Part shown: positions 8,029 to 17,785 of the stretch, one piece after another
How the letters are laid out: the number at the start of each line of letters is the position of its first letter
How positions within the stretch are numbered: position 1 is the first letter of the stretch
Origin: a virus
IMG/VR virus record: IMGVR_UViG_3300045988_114702
DNA length: 64,000 nucleotides
Strand: one strand, 5' to 3'
The notes under the pieces: generated by a model
The model's database searches: none
Told to the model about the DNA's origin: nothing
Seen by the model: the letters and a program-made list of their open reading frames with translations, nothing else
Made by a program: the position numbers and the translations under genes

Positions 8029-10213
8029 GCTTTTCCACCTCCATCAGGTCGTGCATCAGCTCGTCAACCAGCAACTTACCGGCATTCGCGCCTGTGCGAA
8101 TAATGTTTCCATTTTCCTTTAACTCTGCAAACTCCTGTGCACGGATTTCTTTGGACTGCTTTGCAAAAGAAATTTCCGATGCTGTCATGCGCCCCTGCAC
8201 CACCTGCTGCCATTCCTCGATGAATGGCTTGGCATCTTCCAGATCTGCATACTGGTCGTTGTTATAGCTGCGTTTCTGCCGAACTGTACCGCCCGGCTCC
8301 ACCTCCAAGGTGTACCACGGCGTATTGGGGTCAGACTTCTTTCGCAGGAAGAAAATGTAGCTTTCCCGAACAGAAATACGCTCAAAGTACCTAGTTCCAC
8401 GCTGGATGCAGTGGTCAAGGAACTTGCTCTCCTGCAAAATGTCCTTTGCGCCCTCTGGCACCCGGATAATGTACTCCGCTCCATCGTACTCGTAGATTTT
8501 GCGGATCTTCTTGTAGATGTTTTCGATATGGAACTGCTTTTCCAGCTGTTCCGCTTCCTTTTCGATAGAGCGTTTTGCACCTTTCATGACTTCCATCCGG
8601 TGCCGCTTATTGCGCTCCAGCACAAGATCATCATGCCGGCGCTTCAAGTCGAGCGGGAACATCACGCTTTCAAGCTGCATATTCATCCCCACTTTTTCGG
8701 CCATGTCAAGGTAGTCCGACCAGTCCTGCGCAACTCTAAGTGCGATATGGCCGTTGTAGCTACCCGTGATTCGTCTTGTTTGCTGGCGGAGATATTTCAA
8801 GCTTCGCGTCATTCCGCTTTTCTGTAATGTCTTGGCCATTCCTGAAAGATTTCGGATGTTGGCCGTCATTGCCATGTTCTTGCCATTGATTGCGAGGCCG
8901 GCTTCTTTCCATTCCAGCGCATTATCCACCTCGCGGAACGACTTTTTGCTCTGCGAGACCACGGCCAGTTCCTGACGGTTTAAGCCAAACACACCGTAAT
9001 AGGTCTCTGCGCGAAGATTGATGCGGGTGCTGTGTTCATATTCGTCGTACACCTGAGAGCACAGCGCATCAGCCCAGCCCGTTTTCACAAGGCTTTCGGC
9101 CATCGGATACCGATTCACGATTTCCCACTGACGAACCTCCCATGGAAAATTGAGATGATTGTCGTACTGGTACATCCATTCAGATTTCAGCACTTTCCGA
9201 ACATCACTCTCAAATTGGTCAGTATGGGATGCCAATGTATACGGCTGATACGGACCAGAGGGGGCCGTCAGCATTGCGGATAACTTCGGGCGCTGGCACA
9301 TAATATATTCCTCTTTTTCACTCCAGCTGCGTTTCCACTGCTTGATGGTCTTTCCGTCCGTCCACCATATCCCCCGGCCATGAAATTCCAGTTCTGCCCG
9401 ACGATTGCTGAAATCGAAATACACCAGATAGCGGCGAATCCAGACCCCATCTCCCTGCGGCTTGCTCCAAAGGAATGTCCTTGCGGCCCACAGCCTTTTG
9501 ACCGAATAGCGGGTATTACGAACCTGCATTTTCTCCCCGCAGCACTCGCACACTGCCGTGCTCTTGTGCTTGAGCAGTTCTGACAGCGTATATTCGCCGC
9601 CACAACAATCGCACCTTACCCGCTGAATCGAGACCTTCTTCTCAACTCCACCGGGTTCGATTACGTTCTGCTTGTCGTTGGTGACCCAGAGAAAGCCCGC
9701 ATCACTGCACACTTTCAAAACCTGTTTTCCGAAATCCTCTGGCGGTTCCGGCAGATTCTCAAAGAGTTTCTGGGTTTCAGCCGCCTGCCGTGCATTACGC
9801 TCTTCACGCTTCTTTCTGGCATGAGCTGACAGCGCATCTTCTACAATGCCGACCAGATAACCCGGTCTGCGGTCATCAAAATAGTTTTGCAGAAGCTCCG
9901 ACTCTCCCTTTGTTGCCGGCACTTCGGTCCTCCATGTCAAACACTGGCAAGGTCTGACCTCAATTTCACGCGGCGAAAGTTCGCTCTTTTTCGGATTCTC
10001 GTTCCCACGAAGCTCCCCCGTCCAGTAACCTCCGAAAAAACGCCACACGACCAGCGGCTTTTCCTTTTTGTCCCAGACGGCCACCGTCAGCACCTTTCCC
10101 TTGATGTAGCGACCCACGCCCTGCCCCTCGGCAACTGACATACACAGCGCCGCATCCAACTCTGGCCGCTTCGGCTCCGGCGCATAAAGTTTCAATTCTT
10201 CAACCTTTTTCAT
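8018..10213 (-). CDS. PcfJ-like protein (large, zinc-ribbon containing)
   Basis: The C-terminal LDHCIQRGTRYFERISVRESYIFFLRKK...WYTLEV resembles the PcfJ domain. CDCCGG...CECCG is present internally. Confidence 0.7.
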   Translation of the reverse strand: MKKVEELKLYAPEPKRPELDAALCMSVAEGQGVGRYIKGKVLTVAVWDKKEKPLVVWRFFGGYWTGELRGNENPKKSELSPREIEVRPCQCLTWRTEVPATKGESELLQNYFDDRRPGYLVGIVEDALSAHARKKREERNARQAAETQKLFENLPEPPEDFGKQVLKVCSDAGFLWVTNDKQNVIEPGGVEKKVSIQRVRCDCCGGEYTLSELLKHKSTAVCECCGEKMQVRNTRYSVKRLWAARTFLWSKPQGDGVWIRRYLVYFDFSNRRAELEFHGRGIWWTDGKTIKQWKRSWSEKEEYIMCQRPKLSAMLTAPSGPYQPYTLASHTDQFESDVRKVLKSEWMYQYDNHLNFPWEVRQWEIVNRYPMAESLVKTGWADALCSQVYDEYEHSTRINLRAETYYGVFGLNRQELAVVSQSKKSFREVDNALEWKEAGLAINGKNMAMTANIRNLSGMAKTLQKSGMTRSLKYLRQQTRRITGSYNGHIALRVAQDWSDYLDMAEKVGMNMQLESVMFPLDLKRRHDDLVLERNKRHRMEVMKGAKRSIEKEAEQLEKQFHIENIYKKIRKIYEYDGAEYIIRVPEGAKDILQESKFLDHCIQRGTRYFERISVRESYIFFLRKKSDPNTPWYTLEVEPGGTVRQKRSYNNDQYADLEDAKPFIEEWQQVVQGRMTASEISFAKQSKEIRAQEFAELKENGNIIRTGANAGKLLVDELMHDLMEVEKRVG

Positions 10214-10748
10214 CGTGTGCCGCCTCCAAACTCTCCGACGTGTAATTTTTCCCGGGCAAAACCTTCACTCCATCGACCTGTTGAGCAATGCAAGCAAATT
10301 CGTTTTCTCCCCGGACGATGAAGCAGAGCCACTCGCCACGTGCACCAGCCAGTTCCTTGCCCTGACCATACGCGATGTGGAACGGCCTCTTGAAGCAATC
10401 TTCGAATTTTTCTGCCGGATGCTCAAACGCATAATTTGCGTGCATAAGAAGGAACTCGTCTTCTTTCAGCCTGCGAAGCGGTACAATTTCGGTACAGCTG
10501 CTCCGCGTCCGGTAGTCATCCTCATCGATATCACCGCCAGCTGCGATGGCCCAGAACTCGTTTTTCCCGTCCCAAGCATACCAGTTAAGGCAGTCCAGCG
10601 GATCCAGACAGTAATGGAATCCCGTATTGGCGCATTTTGCCTTTTCGGTCTTGCTCACTTCGCCCGGCTGGTACTGATAGCTGCCATCGCCGAGCGTAGC
10701 AATCAGCCCCGGCTTGAATCCTTTGAATCCTAAAATCATCAGAGCCAC
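10200..10748 (-). CDS. hypothetical protein (sits between PcfJ-like and PcfK-like genes)
   Basis: 182-aa ORF containing a GFHYCLDPLDCL motif. Confidence 0.6.
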   Translation of the reverse strand: MALMILGFKGFKPGLIATLGDGSYQYQPGEVSKTEKAKCANTGFHYCLDPLDCLNWYAWDGKNEFWAIAAGGDIDEDDYRTRSSCTEIVPLRRLKEDEFLLMHANYAFEHPAEKFEDCFKRPFHIAYGQGKELAGARGEWLCFIVRGENEFACIAQQVDGVKVLPGKNYTSESLEAAHDEKG

Positions 10749-11287
10749 CCATCCAAGGAAAGCTGCATATCGTCTTCCGCAGGCGTTTCCTTCTTCTTTT
10801 TTGCCGGCTTTTTCGCATCCGTTTTCTTTTCTGCTTTGGACGCAGGCTTGGTTGTGTGAGCTGGTGCCGCCTGCTTCGGAACATTGGGGGATGCCTCTTC
10901 CGGTTTGACGGTGGCCGGAGCCTGCATCTCAGCTTCCGTAGGCGGTGCGCCAGTCAGTTTGATGTTCATGCTGAACGAAACCTCGGCATTCGGAAAGTAA
11001 AACTGCACGGCGCGGCGGTAGGTTTCGAGGTCGGACAGAACTTCGCCTGCGTTGTTGACAACAGCGGCGCAACATTCGGAGAACGTGCGCTGCGTATTGC
11101 AGACGACCTCTGCGAACCGCGGCTCCTGGTCTACAAAGCCAAGCAGTGTCCGCAGAACATAACTCTGCACGCTCTTTGCGGCACGACTGCCCTTGAACAG
11201 CTTGTCCTCAGCTTCCAGCTTTGCTTTTGCTTTAGCTCGCCAATCGACGAACTCAACTGTGGTTGTGGTGTGTGTGGTGGAATCCAT
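10739..11287 (-). CDS. PcfK-like protein with K/P/A-rich tail
   Basis: SVQSYVLRTLLGFVDQEPRFAEVV...CCAAVVNNAG...YRRAVQFYFP resembles PcfK-like proteins. Confidence 0.6.
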   Translation of the reverse strand: MDSTTHTTTTVEFVDWRAKAKAKLEAEDKLFKGSRAAKSVQSYVLRTLLGFVDQEPRFAEVVCNTQRTFSECCAAVVNNAGEVLSDLETYRRAVQFYFPNAEVSFSMNIKLTGAPPTEAEMQAPATVKPEEASPNVPKQAAPAHTTKPASKAEKKTDAKKPAKKKKETPAEDDMQLSLDGWL

Positions 11288-11299
11288 ATTGTCCTCCTA

Positions 11300-12244
11300 T
11301 CAGAAAAAGCTAAGTTGCCCACCCTTGCCCTCGGAGAACACCGGTTCCTGTTCCGGCGCTCTTTGCGGCTTTTTAGCGGCTTTTGGCTTTTCCGTGTTCT
11401 TTGGTTTCTCGAGATTTTTAGGAGCTTCAGGGGATTTTTGTGGTTCGGATTTTGGCGCATCTGCGACACGCTCTTTCCTTATCGGTTGAGTGACCAGTTC
11501 CATCTGCGCCATAAAGATTCGATATTGCCAAACCGGGATCCTGAGCATCGGCGTATACCAGACGTTCCCTTTGTCAACTGGAAGCAGCCCCCTTTTGTCA
11601 TAAGACACAGACGGGCTTGCAAGCGTATCACCGATGACGACATACCCCGGCATTCCAAGCAGACTCATTTGCAGATAGCACATCATGCCCACGATGTAGT
11701 CAATGTCCTGCGCCACAAACAGTACATCCGTCTGATAATTGATGCCTTTCTTTCTGCATTCGTTTGCGAACGCCACCAGCAAGGCCCCAGCGCCGCAGGT
11801 CGGATCACAGACCGCAACCCATCCCCTATCTCCGATTTTCTGCTGAAACTCTTCTGCGGGGGTCGTTACTGCGGACATGAACTCACACAGGTGGTAGGGC
11901 GTAAAGAATTGTCCTGCATGGTCGTTTCCAAGCCCCAAGCACATATACAACTCGCCAAGGAAGTCCTGTTCCGGGTTGTCCTCTAGTGCCACGACCAACA
12001 AGGCCAGCATTTCCGTAAATGCTTCCATTTCCGGCCGCGTGTATTTTCCTGCGATTGATAAGTACTGCTTCTCGCGTTCGTCAAAGTGGCTCTGATCTGT
12101 CGCATTGGACACCGCAATAGCACTCATGGTGATCCAATCGCTCCAGACCTGCCAGCGTGACCGACCATTGCTCGAAAACACTTCAAACTTTTTTACAAGT
12201 TCCTTCTGTGCTTCACCCCGGACATGGCGAACATCACTCCCCAT
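11300..12244 (-). CDS. N6-adenine DNA methylase-like SAM-binding protein without a visible (D/N)PP(Y/F) motif
   Basis: Motif I (VCDPTCGAGALLVAF) and FVAQDID are present. I found no NPPF/NPPY, and the C-terminus is a low-complexity K/P/E tail. I prefer the ATG at 12244, which follows AAGGGGG. Confidence 0.65.
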   Translation of the reverse strand: MGSDVRHVRGEAQKELVKKFEVFSSNGRSRWQVWSDWITMSAIAVSNATDQSHFDEREKQYLSIAGKYTRPEMEAFTEMLALLVVALEDNPEQDFLGELYMCLGLGNDHAGQFFTPYHLCEFMSAVTTPAEEFQQKIGDRGWVAVCDPTCGAGALLVAFANECRKKGINYQTDVLFVAQDIDYIVGMMCYLQMSLLGMPGYVVIGDTLASPSVSYDKRGLLPVDKGNVWYTPMLRIPVWQYRIFMAQMELVTQPIRKERVADAPKSEPQKSPEAPKNLEKPKNTEKPKAAKKPQRAPEQEPVFSEGKGGQLSFF

Positions 12245-12965
12245 TGGAATCGCCCCCTTTGCCCTGCGGAACATCCTGTTTTTTGAACGGTCTTCTCTTT
12301 ATTCGTCCAAGGCTGTCAGTAAGACCTAGAATGTTGTTTCCGCTCGGCGTTTCTCGGTCAACCCGATTTCCTTTATTTTTGATGTGAGTTTTTTCCCACT
12401 CTGCAAACGTTGTAACATGCTGCGCCGCCGCCTGATCGAGCAGGCGCTTAGCATAGCACCATGGGTGCTTCGCTTGGTGGCGCATCGCTTCTTCCAGCGT
12501 AGCAACCACCAAAGCGTCTTCCATCCCGGTCTCTCGCAAATCCCGAAATTCTGCTGCCATGTAGGGCGTAAGCATACTGTCGCATCCAGCCCAGACCCAG
12601 TAGCTTTCCGGGGTGTCATCAGGCGGGCCGGTTGATTTTTCTGGATTTTCCTCAGTTGTGGATTCTTCAAAACCCATTCGGTTTTCTGGGTTTTCTTGAT
12701 TTTCTTTTGATTTGCGAGGTCTGCCACCTCTGGCACCGTTTGCCCTATTGGCAGCGGCCTGACGCTCGTATGCTTCATTGGAAGCATCGATTTTGGCTTT
12801 TATTGCCGCCCAAACAAAGCGCTCATTCCCCAGAAACTTCGGTTCTGAACCAGTTTCCTTGTAATCCATCATAGCCCATAGAATTCGGCCCCGTTCCGCT
12901 TCATTGAACGGTTCTAGCAATGCTCTGTAATCCTTCACCCACAGTTTTATGTAATCATTCGCCAC
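12234..12965 (-). CDS. replication initiator/organizer, DnaD-like C-terminal domain
   Basis: KHPWCYAKRLLDQAAAQHVTTFAEWEK resembles a DnaD/DnaB_2 domain. A GTG at 12965 follows GGAGGTGGAGC. Confidence 0.55.
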   Translation of the reverse strand: MANDYIKLWVKDYRALLEPFNEAERGRILWAMMDYKETGSEPKFLGNERFVWAAIKAKIDASNEAYERQAAANRANGARGGRPRKSKENQENPENRMGFEESTTEENPEKSTGPPDDTPESYWVWAGCDSMLTPYMAAEFRDLRETGMEDALVVATLEEAMRHQAKHPWCYAKRLLDQAAAQHVTTFAEWEKTHIKNKGNRVDRETPSGNNILGLTDSLGRIKRRPFKKQDVPQGKGGDSNGE

Positions 12966-13623
12966 GCTCCACCTCCCCTTTCGGTTTTTGATTGAGCGAA
13001 AGCACTTTACATAGATGCCGATCCAGCTTGATGCCATAGATATGGTAATCAGCAAACAGGGCTTTTTCTCTGCGGTGCGCTTCTTCATGGTGCCGCCGAC
13101 AAAGGGCTATCGCATTCAGCCCGACATGGACGATAGCTTCTCTATCTCGACCCATGCCCACGCGGTCAACATGGTGCACCTCTGCAGGCTGGTTGCAAAT
13201 TGCACACCGGCGATTTTCAAGGCAAAGATACAGGTACTTGCCAATATCATCCGTCTGGGTGAGCAGGCTGTCCTTTGTGGGCACTCCCCAATGGAAGCAA
13301 AACTGAATCAGGTATGTAATAAACTCTCGGGCCGTGGTCATATCGCAATTCGAAAGGGAGAACCACTCCCGCAGACAGCGGGAACAGAAATCCCATTCCA
13401 GATAAAGCCGAAGTTCTTCCGGCTCCTGCCCTGACCACAAAGAAATATCTCGGATAATAGCGAAAATCTTGCGGCGCTGGTCTGCGGAAATGGTTCGGCC
13501 ATCATCCAGACGGACTTCTACCCGCCGGGGGCGCTTCTGCGCCAGAAACCGGCTGATGTCTACGTCGGGTTTCAGGACAAGCTTTCCGTTCTCCAGCTTC
13601 TCAATTTTCGCTGTCACAATCAT
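12955..13623 (-). CDS. HNH-type nuclease (phage HNHc_6-like, RecT-associated)
   Basis: CAICNQPAEVHHV...ALCRRHHEEAH. Confidence 0.65.
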   Translation of the reverse strand: MIVTAKIEKLENGKLVLKPDVDISRFLAQKRPRRVEVRLDDGRTISADQRRKIFAIIRDISLWSGQEPEELRLYLEWDFCSRCLREWFSLSNCDMTTAREFITYLIQFCFHWGVPTKDSLLTQTDDIGKYLYLCLENRRCAICNQPAEVHHVDRVGMGRDREAIVHVGLNAIALCRRHHEEAHRREKALFADYHIYGIKLDRHLCKVLSLNQKPKGEVERGE

Positions 13624-14269
13624 GCGCGTTCTCCTTGTCCACATGGACGTGCATCGGAATATAAACGCTGTTTGCTTTCATATTCCGTGCCAAAAAGTCA
13701 TTGCATTTCGCTTCTGACAGGTGATTTCTGAGCACCTGCAGTTCGTAGGCATACTGCCCAGCTACCTTTTTCTCTTGGATTTTGGCTTGTATATCTTCAT
13801 CCCGGTAGTTCGATTCTATCAGATAAAGGTCATAGCCGATCGCCTGAATGCCATCCAAATTGTTAGTATCAGTGGCATAAATCACCTTGCCAGACGGAAA
13901 ATGCACCTTATACCCACAGTTGGGTACGTTATGGGCTAGCATTACCGGAATCACATTGCACAGGCCGTACCCATACAACGTTCGCGGGGTCAGTACATCA
14001 ATCTGACGCTCCGGCACCCCTGCAGCTATGAGCGGCGGCACCAGCCAGCGGCAACACCCGAAGCGGAGTGTCGGCCGCTCACTGGCAAGCCGCTTGATGG
14101 TTCGCTTCTGGAAGTGATCTGAGTGGATATGCGTCAGAAGCACAAGCTTCAGTCTCGGAACATACGGCTCCAACGCCTTATACGGCACGCCGCAGTCTAC
14201 CAGCACAAAATCTTCCAGAATCGTGGCGTTACCATCGCTGCCGGTGCTGATAATGTTGTACCTGACCAT
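13601..14269 (-). CDS. MBL-fold metallo-hydrolase
   Basis: LLTHIHSDH motif. Confidence 0.75.
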   Translation of the reverse strand: MVRYNIISTGSDGNATILEDFVLVDCGVPYKALEPYVPRLKLVLLTHIHSDHFQKRTIKRLASERPTLRFGCCRWLVPPLIAAGVPERQIDVLTPRTLYGYGLCNVIPVMLAHNVPNCGYKVHFPSGKVIYATDTNNLDGIQAIGYDLYLIESNYRDEDIQAKIQEKKVAGQYAYELQVLRNHLSEAKCNDFLARNMKANSVYIPMHVHVDKENAHDCDSEN

Positions 14270-15225
14270 CAGAGCGATGCCAGATCAACGGCTTCTTCCA
14301 CCGCGTCCGCCTCCGGTTCCGGCAGATCCATGGTTTTTGCTGTCCGCTCAATCTTGGGCGGCTCGGCTTCGTTCTTCTGGCTCGGCTCTGCCGGATCCAG
14401 CACTTCAGGAAGAAGTTCGCCGCTTGCCACATCAGGCATCATTACTCGGCCATCCCGCTCGTAGGCGGTGGTCATTTCCACTGTCATAATGCCCCACTTG
14501 GAAATCAGCTGACGCAGCATTGTCTTTTTGGACATCGCGTCAAAATTCTTATACCAAAAGCTGGAGTACTTCCACAGTTCGTCCTGCGGGATTTCACCAT
14601 TCAGCAGCTTCTGGTACGCCTTTGCGCTGAACGCCGGGCTGTACTTGTCGGCATGAGCCATCATCTGGTCTGCTGTCCAGTACAGGGTTTTCTCGAAGCC
14701 GTTGATGTACTCAAAGTGGGCAATATAGCCCACGGTCGGCATCGATGCACGCTTCTCAAAATCTTCGATGAAGTGCATTTCATGGAATCGTTCTTCAAAG
14801 GGATCCCATCCGGTCAGCTCCCCGTTCTTCACTTCCAGCACGTTCAGGCGCTTGTACTGGCCCGTGCGCAAGGCCAGCTGGATATAACCCTTATATCCAA
14901 GCACAAACTGTGCTTTGACACTTGCAGGCTTAATCATCTGGCCATTCTTGTACTTTGCCTTGGACTCGAAAGGAATCAGATAAAACTGGCCCAACTGTGG
15001 AGAGGGCTGCAGATTCAGGCTTTCGCCCAGCAATGCGCCAGCAAGGATCGTGCCTGCATCGCACTTCTGCAATTCCGGATTGACAGCAACGGCGCTAGTG
15101 ATATTGGCAATGAAGCGGGCGCCGCGCGCCGGATCGCCCAGCGTGTTATTTACGAGATTTTTGTACATCGGAGTCTGGATTGCCTGCGAAAAGCGCATTT
15201 TCTGCGGCTGCATTGCTTTAGCCAT
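14269..15225 (-). CDS. recT: RecT family single-strand annealing recombinase
   Basis: The N-terminal two-thirds resemble RecT (GESLNLQPSPQLGQFYLIPF..., VLGYKGYIQLALRTGQY). Confidence 0.85.
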   Translation of the reverse strand: MAKAMQPQKMRFSQAIQTPMYKNLVNNTLGDPARGARFIANITSAVAVNPELQKCDAGTILAGALLGESLNLQPSPQLGQFYLIPFESKAKYKNGQMIKPASVKAQFVLGYKGYIQLALRTGQYKRLNVLEVKNGELTGWDPFEERFHEMHFIEDFEKRASMPTVGYIAHFEYINGFEKTLYWTADQMMAHADKYSPAFSAKAYQKLLNGEIPQDELWKYSSFWYKNFDAMSKKTMLRQLISKWGIMTVEMTTAYERDGRVMMPDVASGELLPEVLDPAEPSQKNEAEPPKIERTAKTMDLPEPEADAVEEAVDLASL

Positions 15226-16201
15226 TGCTATTTACCTCCTGATTCTCAATGCCAATGGAATCCATGTACTTCTGAATTTCATCGACTTTGTCATTTACGA
15301 AAGACTTTAGTTCCCGCAGCTGGGTCAGAGTGCCGCGGCACTGGAACGTGCGTCCCATAAAAGCAAACTTTGCATTCATGACCTGTTCCGTGCTCTCCTT
15401 CTGGGAGTCCTCAGTCTCCTGCTCGTCCATAACGGGCGGTTCGGTGCCCATGACCTGAGGCGCAGACAGTTCTTCCTCTGCCACATCCAGAACGGCCTTT
15501 TCTGCTTCTTGTGCCCGAAGCTGGGCTTCCAGACGCTGCTTGCGCTCGGCTTCTTCCCGGGCAATACGGTCTTTGCGCTGGCTCACGCTGTTAATGGCAA
15601 CAGCCAAACTTCCGCACAGCTTATACTCGGCCATGATCTCCGGGGCATTTTCCATGCCGTTGATGCAGGCTACGTCAGCCGCAACCTTTTCCACATACTC
15701 CTTGACCTTGGCTTTCAGGGATTTCAGGCTTGCGGTCAATGTGACTGCAACGCCGACATCCTCATAGGTGACCCACTCAACGCCGCTGGCCTTGACCATC
15801 TCAGCAAAGTAATCCTTGACCTTTTTTTCCTTGTCGGCTTTCAGTCCGGCTTCCACGTCCGTGATTTTGCCCTTCAGTGCTTCATCTGCCGGACCGTACA
15901 CGTCCGTAACGCATTCTTTGTAAACCTCGTCGAAGTCCTCAAACGGCTGCATGATCTGCTTCTTCACGGCCATGCGCCGGGCATCCAGATCCTTGCGGTC
16001 ACGGTTCAGCGCCGCCCGGCGCTCCTTTACAACTTTGAGGGTTTCTTCCGTGCAGGCCAGCGAAAGCGCCTCCTTGACGGACTCCTGAGCCTGTGCTTTG
16101 ATGCTGTGCAGCTGCTCCTTGATGATAGGAAGCTGCTGCACCACAATCAGACTATCTGCCAACGCCGTGGTCTGATTGGTGGTAGTAATTTCCTTTTCCA
16201 T
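15218..16201 (-). CDS. DUF1351-like coiled-coil phage protein
   Basis: The ATG at 16201 has an RBS. The coiled-coil composition and the position next to recT fit the family. Confidence 0.5.
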   Translation of the reverse strand: MEKEITTTNQTTALADSLIVVQQLPIIKEQLHSIKAQAQESVKEALSLACTEETLKVVKERRAALNRDRKDLDARRMAVKKQIMQPFEDFDEVYKECVTDVYGPADEALKGKITDVEAGLKADKEKKVKDYFAEMVKASGVEWVTYEDVGVAVTLTASLKSLKAKVKEYVEKVAADVACINGMENAPEIMAEYKLCGSLAVAINSVSQRKDRIAREEAERKQRLEAQLRAQEAEKAVLDVAEEELSAPQVMGTEPPVMDEQETEDSQKESTEQVMNAKFAFMGRTFQCRGTLTQLRELKSFVNDKVDEIQKYMDSIGIENQEVNSNG

Positions 16202-16374
16202 GTGTACCTCCTGATTCTCTGTATAGAAAAACGGCAGTAGGAATGCTCCTGACCGCCGCTTCGTACCTGTTGAAAAAATCAACCGATTATGCTACAATAT
16301 GGTTGTGTGTGGTGGAGACCTGCATTTTCCGGCTTGATGTTCCTGCATCAAGCGCCAACGGAACGTGTGGGTCT

Positions 16375-16629
16375 CTATCCATTTGTAGCGCGCTGACCAT
16401 TCTGGTCAGCGCTTTTTTCGTGTGCGGCGAGTATATCCCACACCGAGAGCTGCCCTACAATCTGGCGCTCAGCGGTGATTTTAGGCTGTGTGACAGTCCT
16501 GATTCTGCGGGGCTTTGCGGGTGCTCGGAGCCGTTTTCCGAACTCCTTGACGTAACACTTCGCGCCGTACCCCACTTCGATTGCCGCCGGATCTGTAATG
16601 ACCCTGTGACACCGAGCGCACCTTGTCAT
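16375..16629 (-). CDS. DUF6011-like small protein
   Basis: MTRCARCHRVITDPAAIEVGYGAKC. The ATG at 16629 follows GGAGGAAAG. Confidence 0.5.
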   Translation of the reverse strand: MTRCARCHRVITDPAAIEVGYGAKCYVKEFGKRLRAPAKPRRIRTVTQPKITAERQIVGQLSVWDILAAHEKSADQNGQRATNG

Positions 16630-16870
16630 TCTTCTTCTTTCCTCCAAAAAGCGCCTGCATCTGCAGTTCGTGCATCAGGCGGGACGCAATAATGATTGCA
16701 CCAACAATGAGAATCCACTCCCCGCCAATTGCCCAGTAGCCGCGCCAGCGATATGTACTGGGCAGCTGCCACAAGGCCATAAGCCCACCGGAAATTACGC
16801 CGGCCAGCGTGTCCAGCAGTCCAACAACGACCCAGCCCGTCACGGTCAAATGCCTTTCTTTGCGTTTCAT
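16481..16870 (-). CDS. membrane protein (2-3 TM helices); C-terminal about 50 aa overlap the next gene out of frame
   Basis: Hydrophobic segments VTGWVVVGLLDTLAGVISGGLMAL and WILIVGAIIIA. Confidence 0.45.
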   Translation of the reverse strand: MKRKERHLTVTGWVVVGLLDTLAGVISGGLMALWQLPSTYRWRGYWAIGGEWILIVGAIIIASRLMHELQMQALFGGKKKNDKVRSVSQGHYRSGGNRSGVRREVLRQGVRKTAPSTRKAPQNQDCHTA

Positions 16871-17178
16871 TTCAGGTTTGCCCCCTTCATGTAGGTTTCG
16901 ATCAGTGCCCACTTGCGAACATCCATCGGCTGGTGAACAGCATCTTCCAGTGCTTCTTCGGTTCCGCAGCGGTCACAAATCGTGATGCCCGGAACTTGAC
17001 GGGAAAGAGCATTGCTGTGCAAGCGCATCTTCATGGTCTGCTTTCCGCATCGAGGGCACGGAAGCACCTGCGCCATTTCGGCGGCAGCATCCTGCACATC
17101 CCGATATGTTGCAAAAACTTCGTCCAGCAGCATCCTCTCGGTGTGCGCCTGAATCATTTGCGCCATCTTATGAAACAT
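16867..17178 (-). CDS. zinc-ribbon protein
   Basis: CPRCG...CDRCG. Confidence 0.55.
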   Translation of the reverse strand: MFHKMAQMIQAHTERMLLDEVFATYRDVQDAAAEMAQVLPCPRCGKQTMKMRLHSNALSRQVPGITICDRCGTEEALEDAVHQPMDVRKWALIETYMKGANLK

Positions 17179-17785
17179 CCCTTTCTCCTTCCAGCAGCCC
17201 TACCATTGCGTTCCACACCTTGTCCGTGTAGGCTGTGCTATATGTGCCAGCAGACCAAGCCTTTTTGGCTCCGGCTGTGCCAAGGTTATAGGCCATCAGA
17301 GCGCAATTCACATTGCCCTCGTACTCGCTGAGATACATACCCAGCATATAGCACCCAGCCTGAATGTTCTGGTGGGCATCCAGCAGATCCGTTATGCCAA
17401 GTTTATCTTTGAGCCACCCGGCGTTTATGCTGTTTATCTGCATCAAGCCATAATCCCCGGTAGAGCTGCGCGCCGCCGGGGTAAAGCCGCTCTCGACCTG
17501 CATGACGGCATAAGCCAGTTCCAAGGGCACATCGTAGAGGTCGCACATTTTCTCCGTGTAGGACTGTAGTTCCGCATCCAGCGGCACCTGATATGTAACC
17601 GGCTCATACGGAACCGGGTCCTGACGAACGCATTCAACCTGCTCGATCTCGGCCACCACCGGTACCGTAACCAGCGTTTCAACCGGCGGCTTCTGCTGGA
17701 AAGCGAACGCCGCGGCGATGTTTCCGACCACCAGAAGCTGCGCCGCTGCCGCCGCTGCCAGCGGCACGAGCGTTTGTGCTTTCAT
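17168..17785 (-). CDS. lytic transglycosylase (SLT domain) with N-terminal signal/anchor
   Basis: AVMQVESGF...GDYGLMQINSIN. The ATG at 17785 follows GGAGGAGG. Confidence 0.8.
   Translation of the reverse strand: MKAQTLVPLAAAAAAQLLVVGNIAAAFAFQQKPPVETLVTVPVVAEIEQVECVRQDPVPYEPVTYQVPLDAELQSYTEKMCDLYDVPLELAYAVMQVESGFTPAARSSTGDYGLMQINSINAGWLKDKLGITDLLDAHQNIQAGCYMLGMYLSEYEGNVNCALMAYNLGTAGAKKAWSAGTYSTAYTDKVWNAMVGLLEGERDVS

Noticed and set aside
16379-16420. Plus-oriented terminator-like hairpin (GCGCTGACCA-TTC-TGGTCAGCGC followed by TTTTTTC) inside the 3' end of the DUF6011-like gene
   Set aside because: It is oriented against the operon and lies within coding sequence. It may stop antisense transcription, but I cannot support a function from sequence alone.
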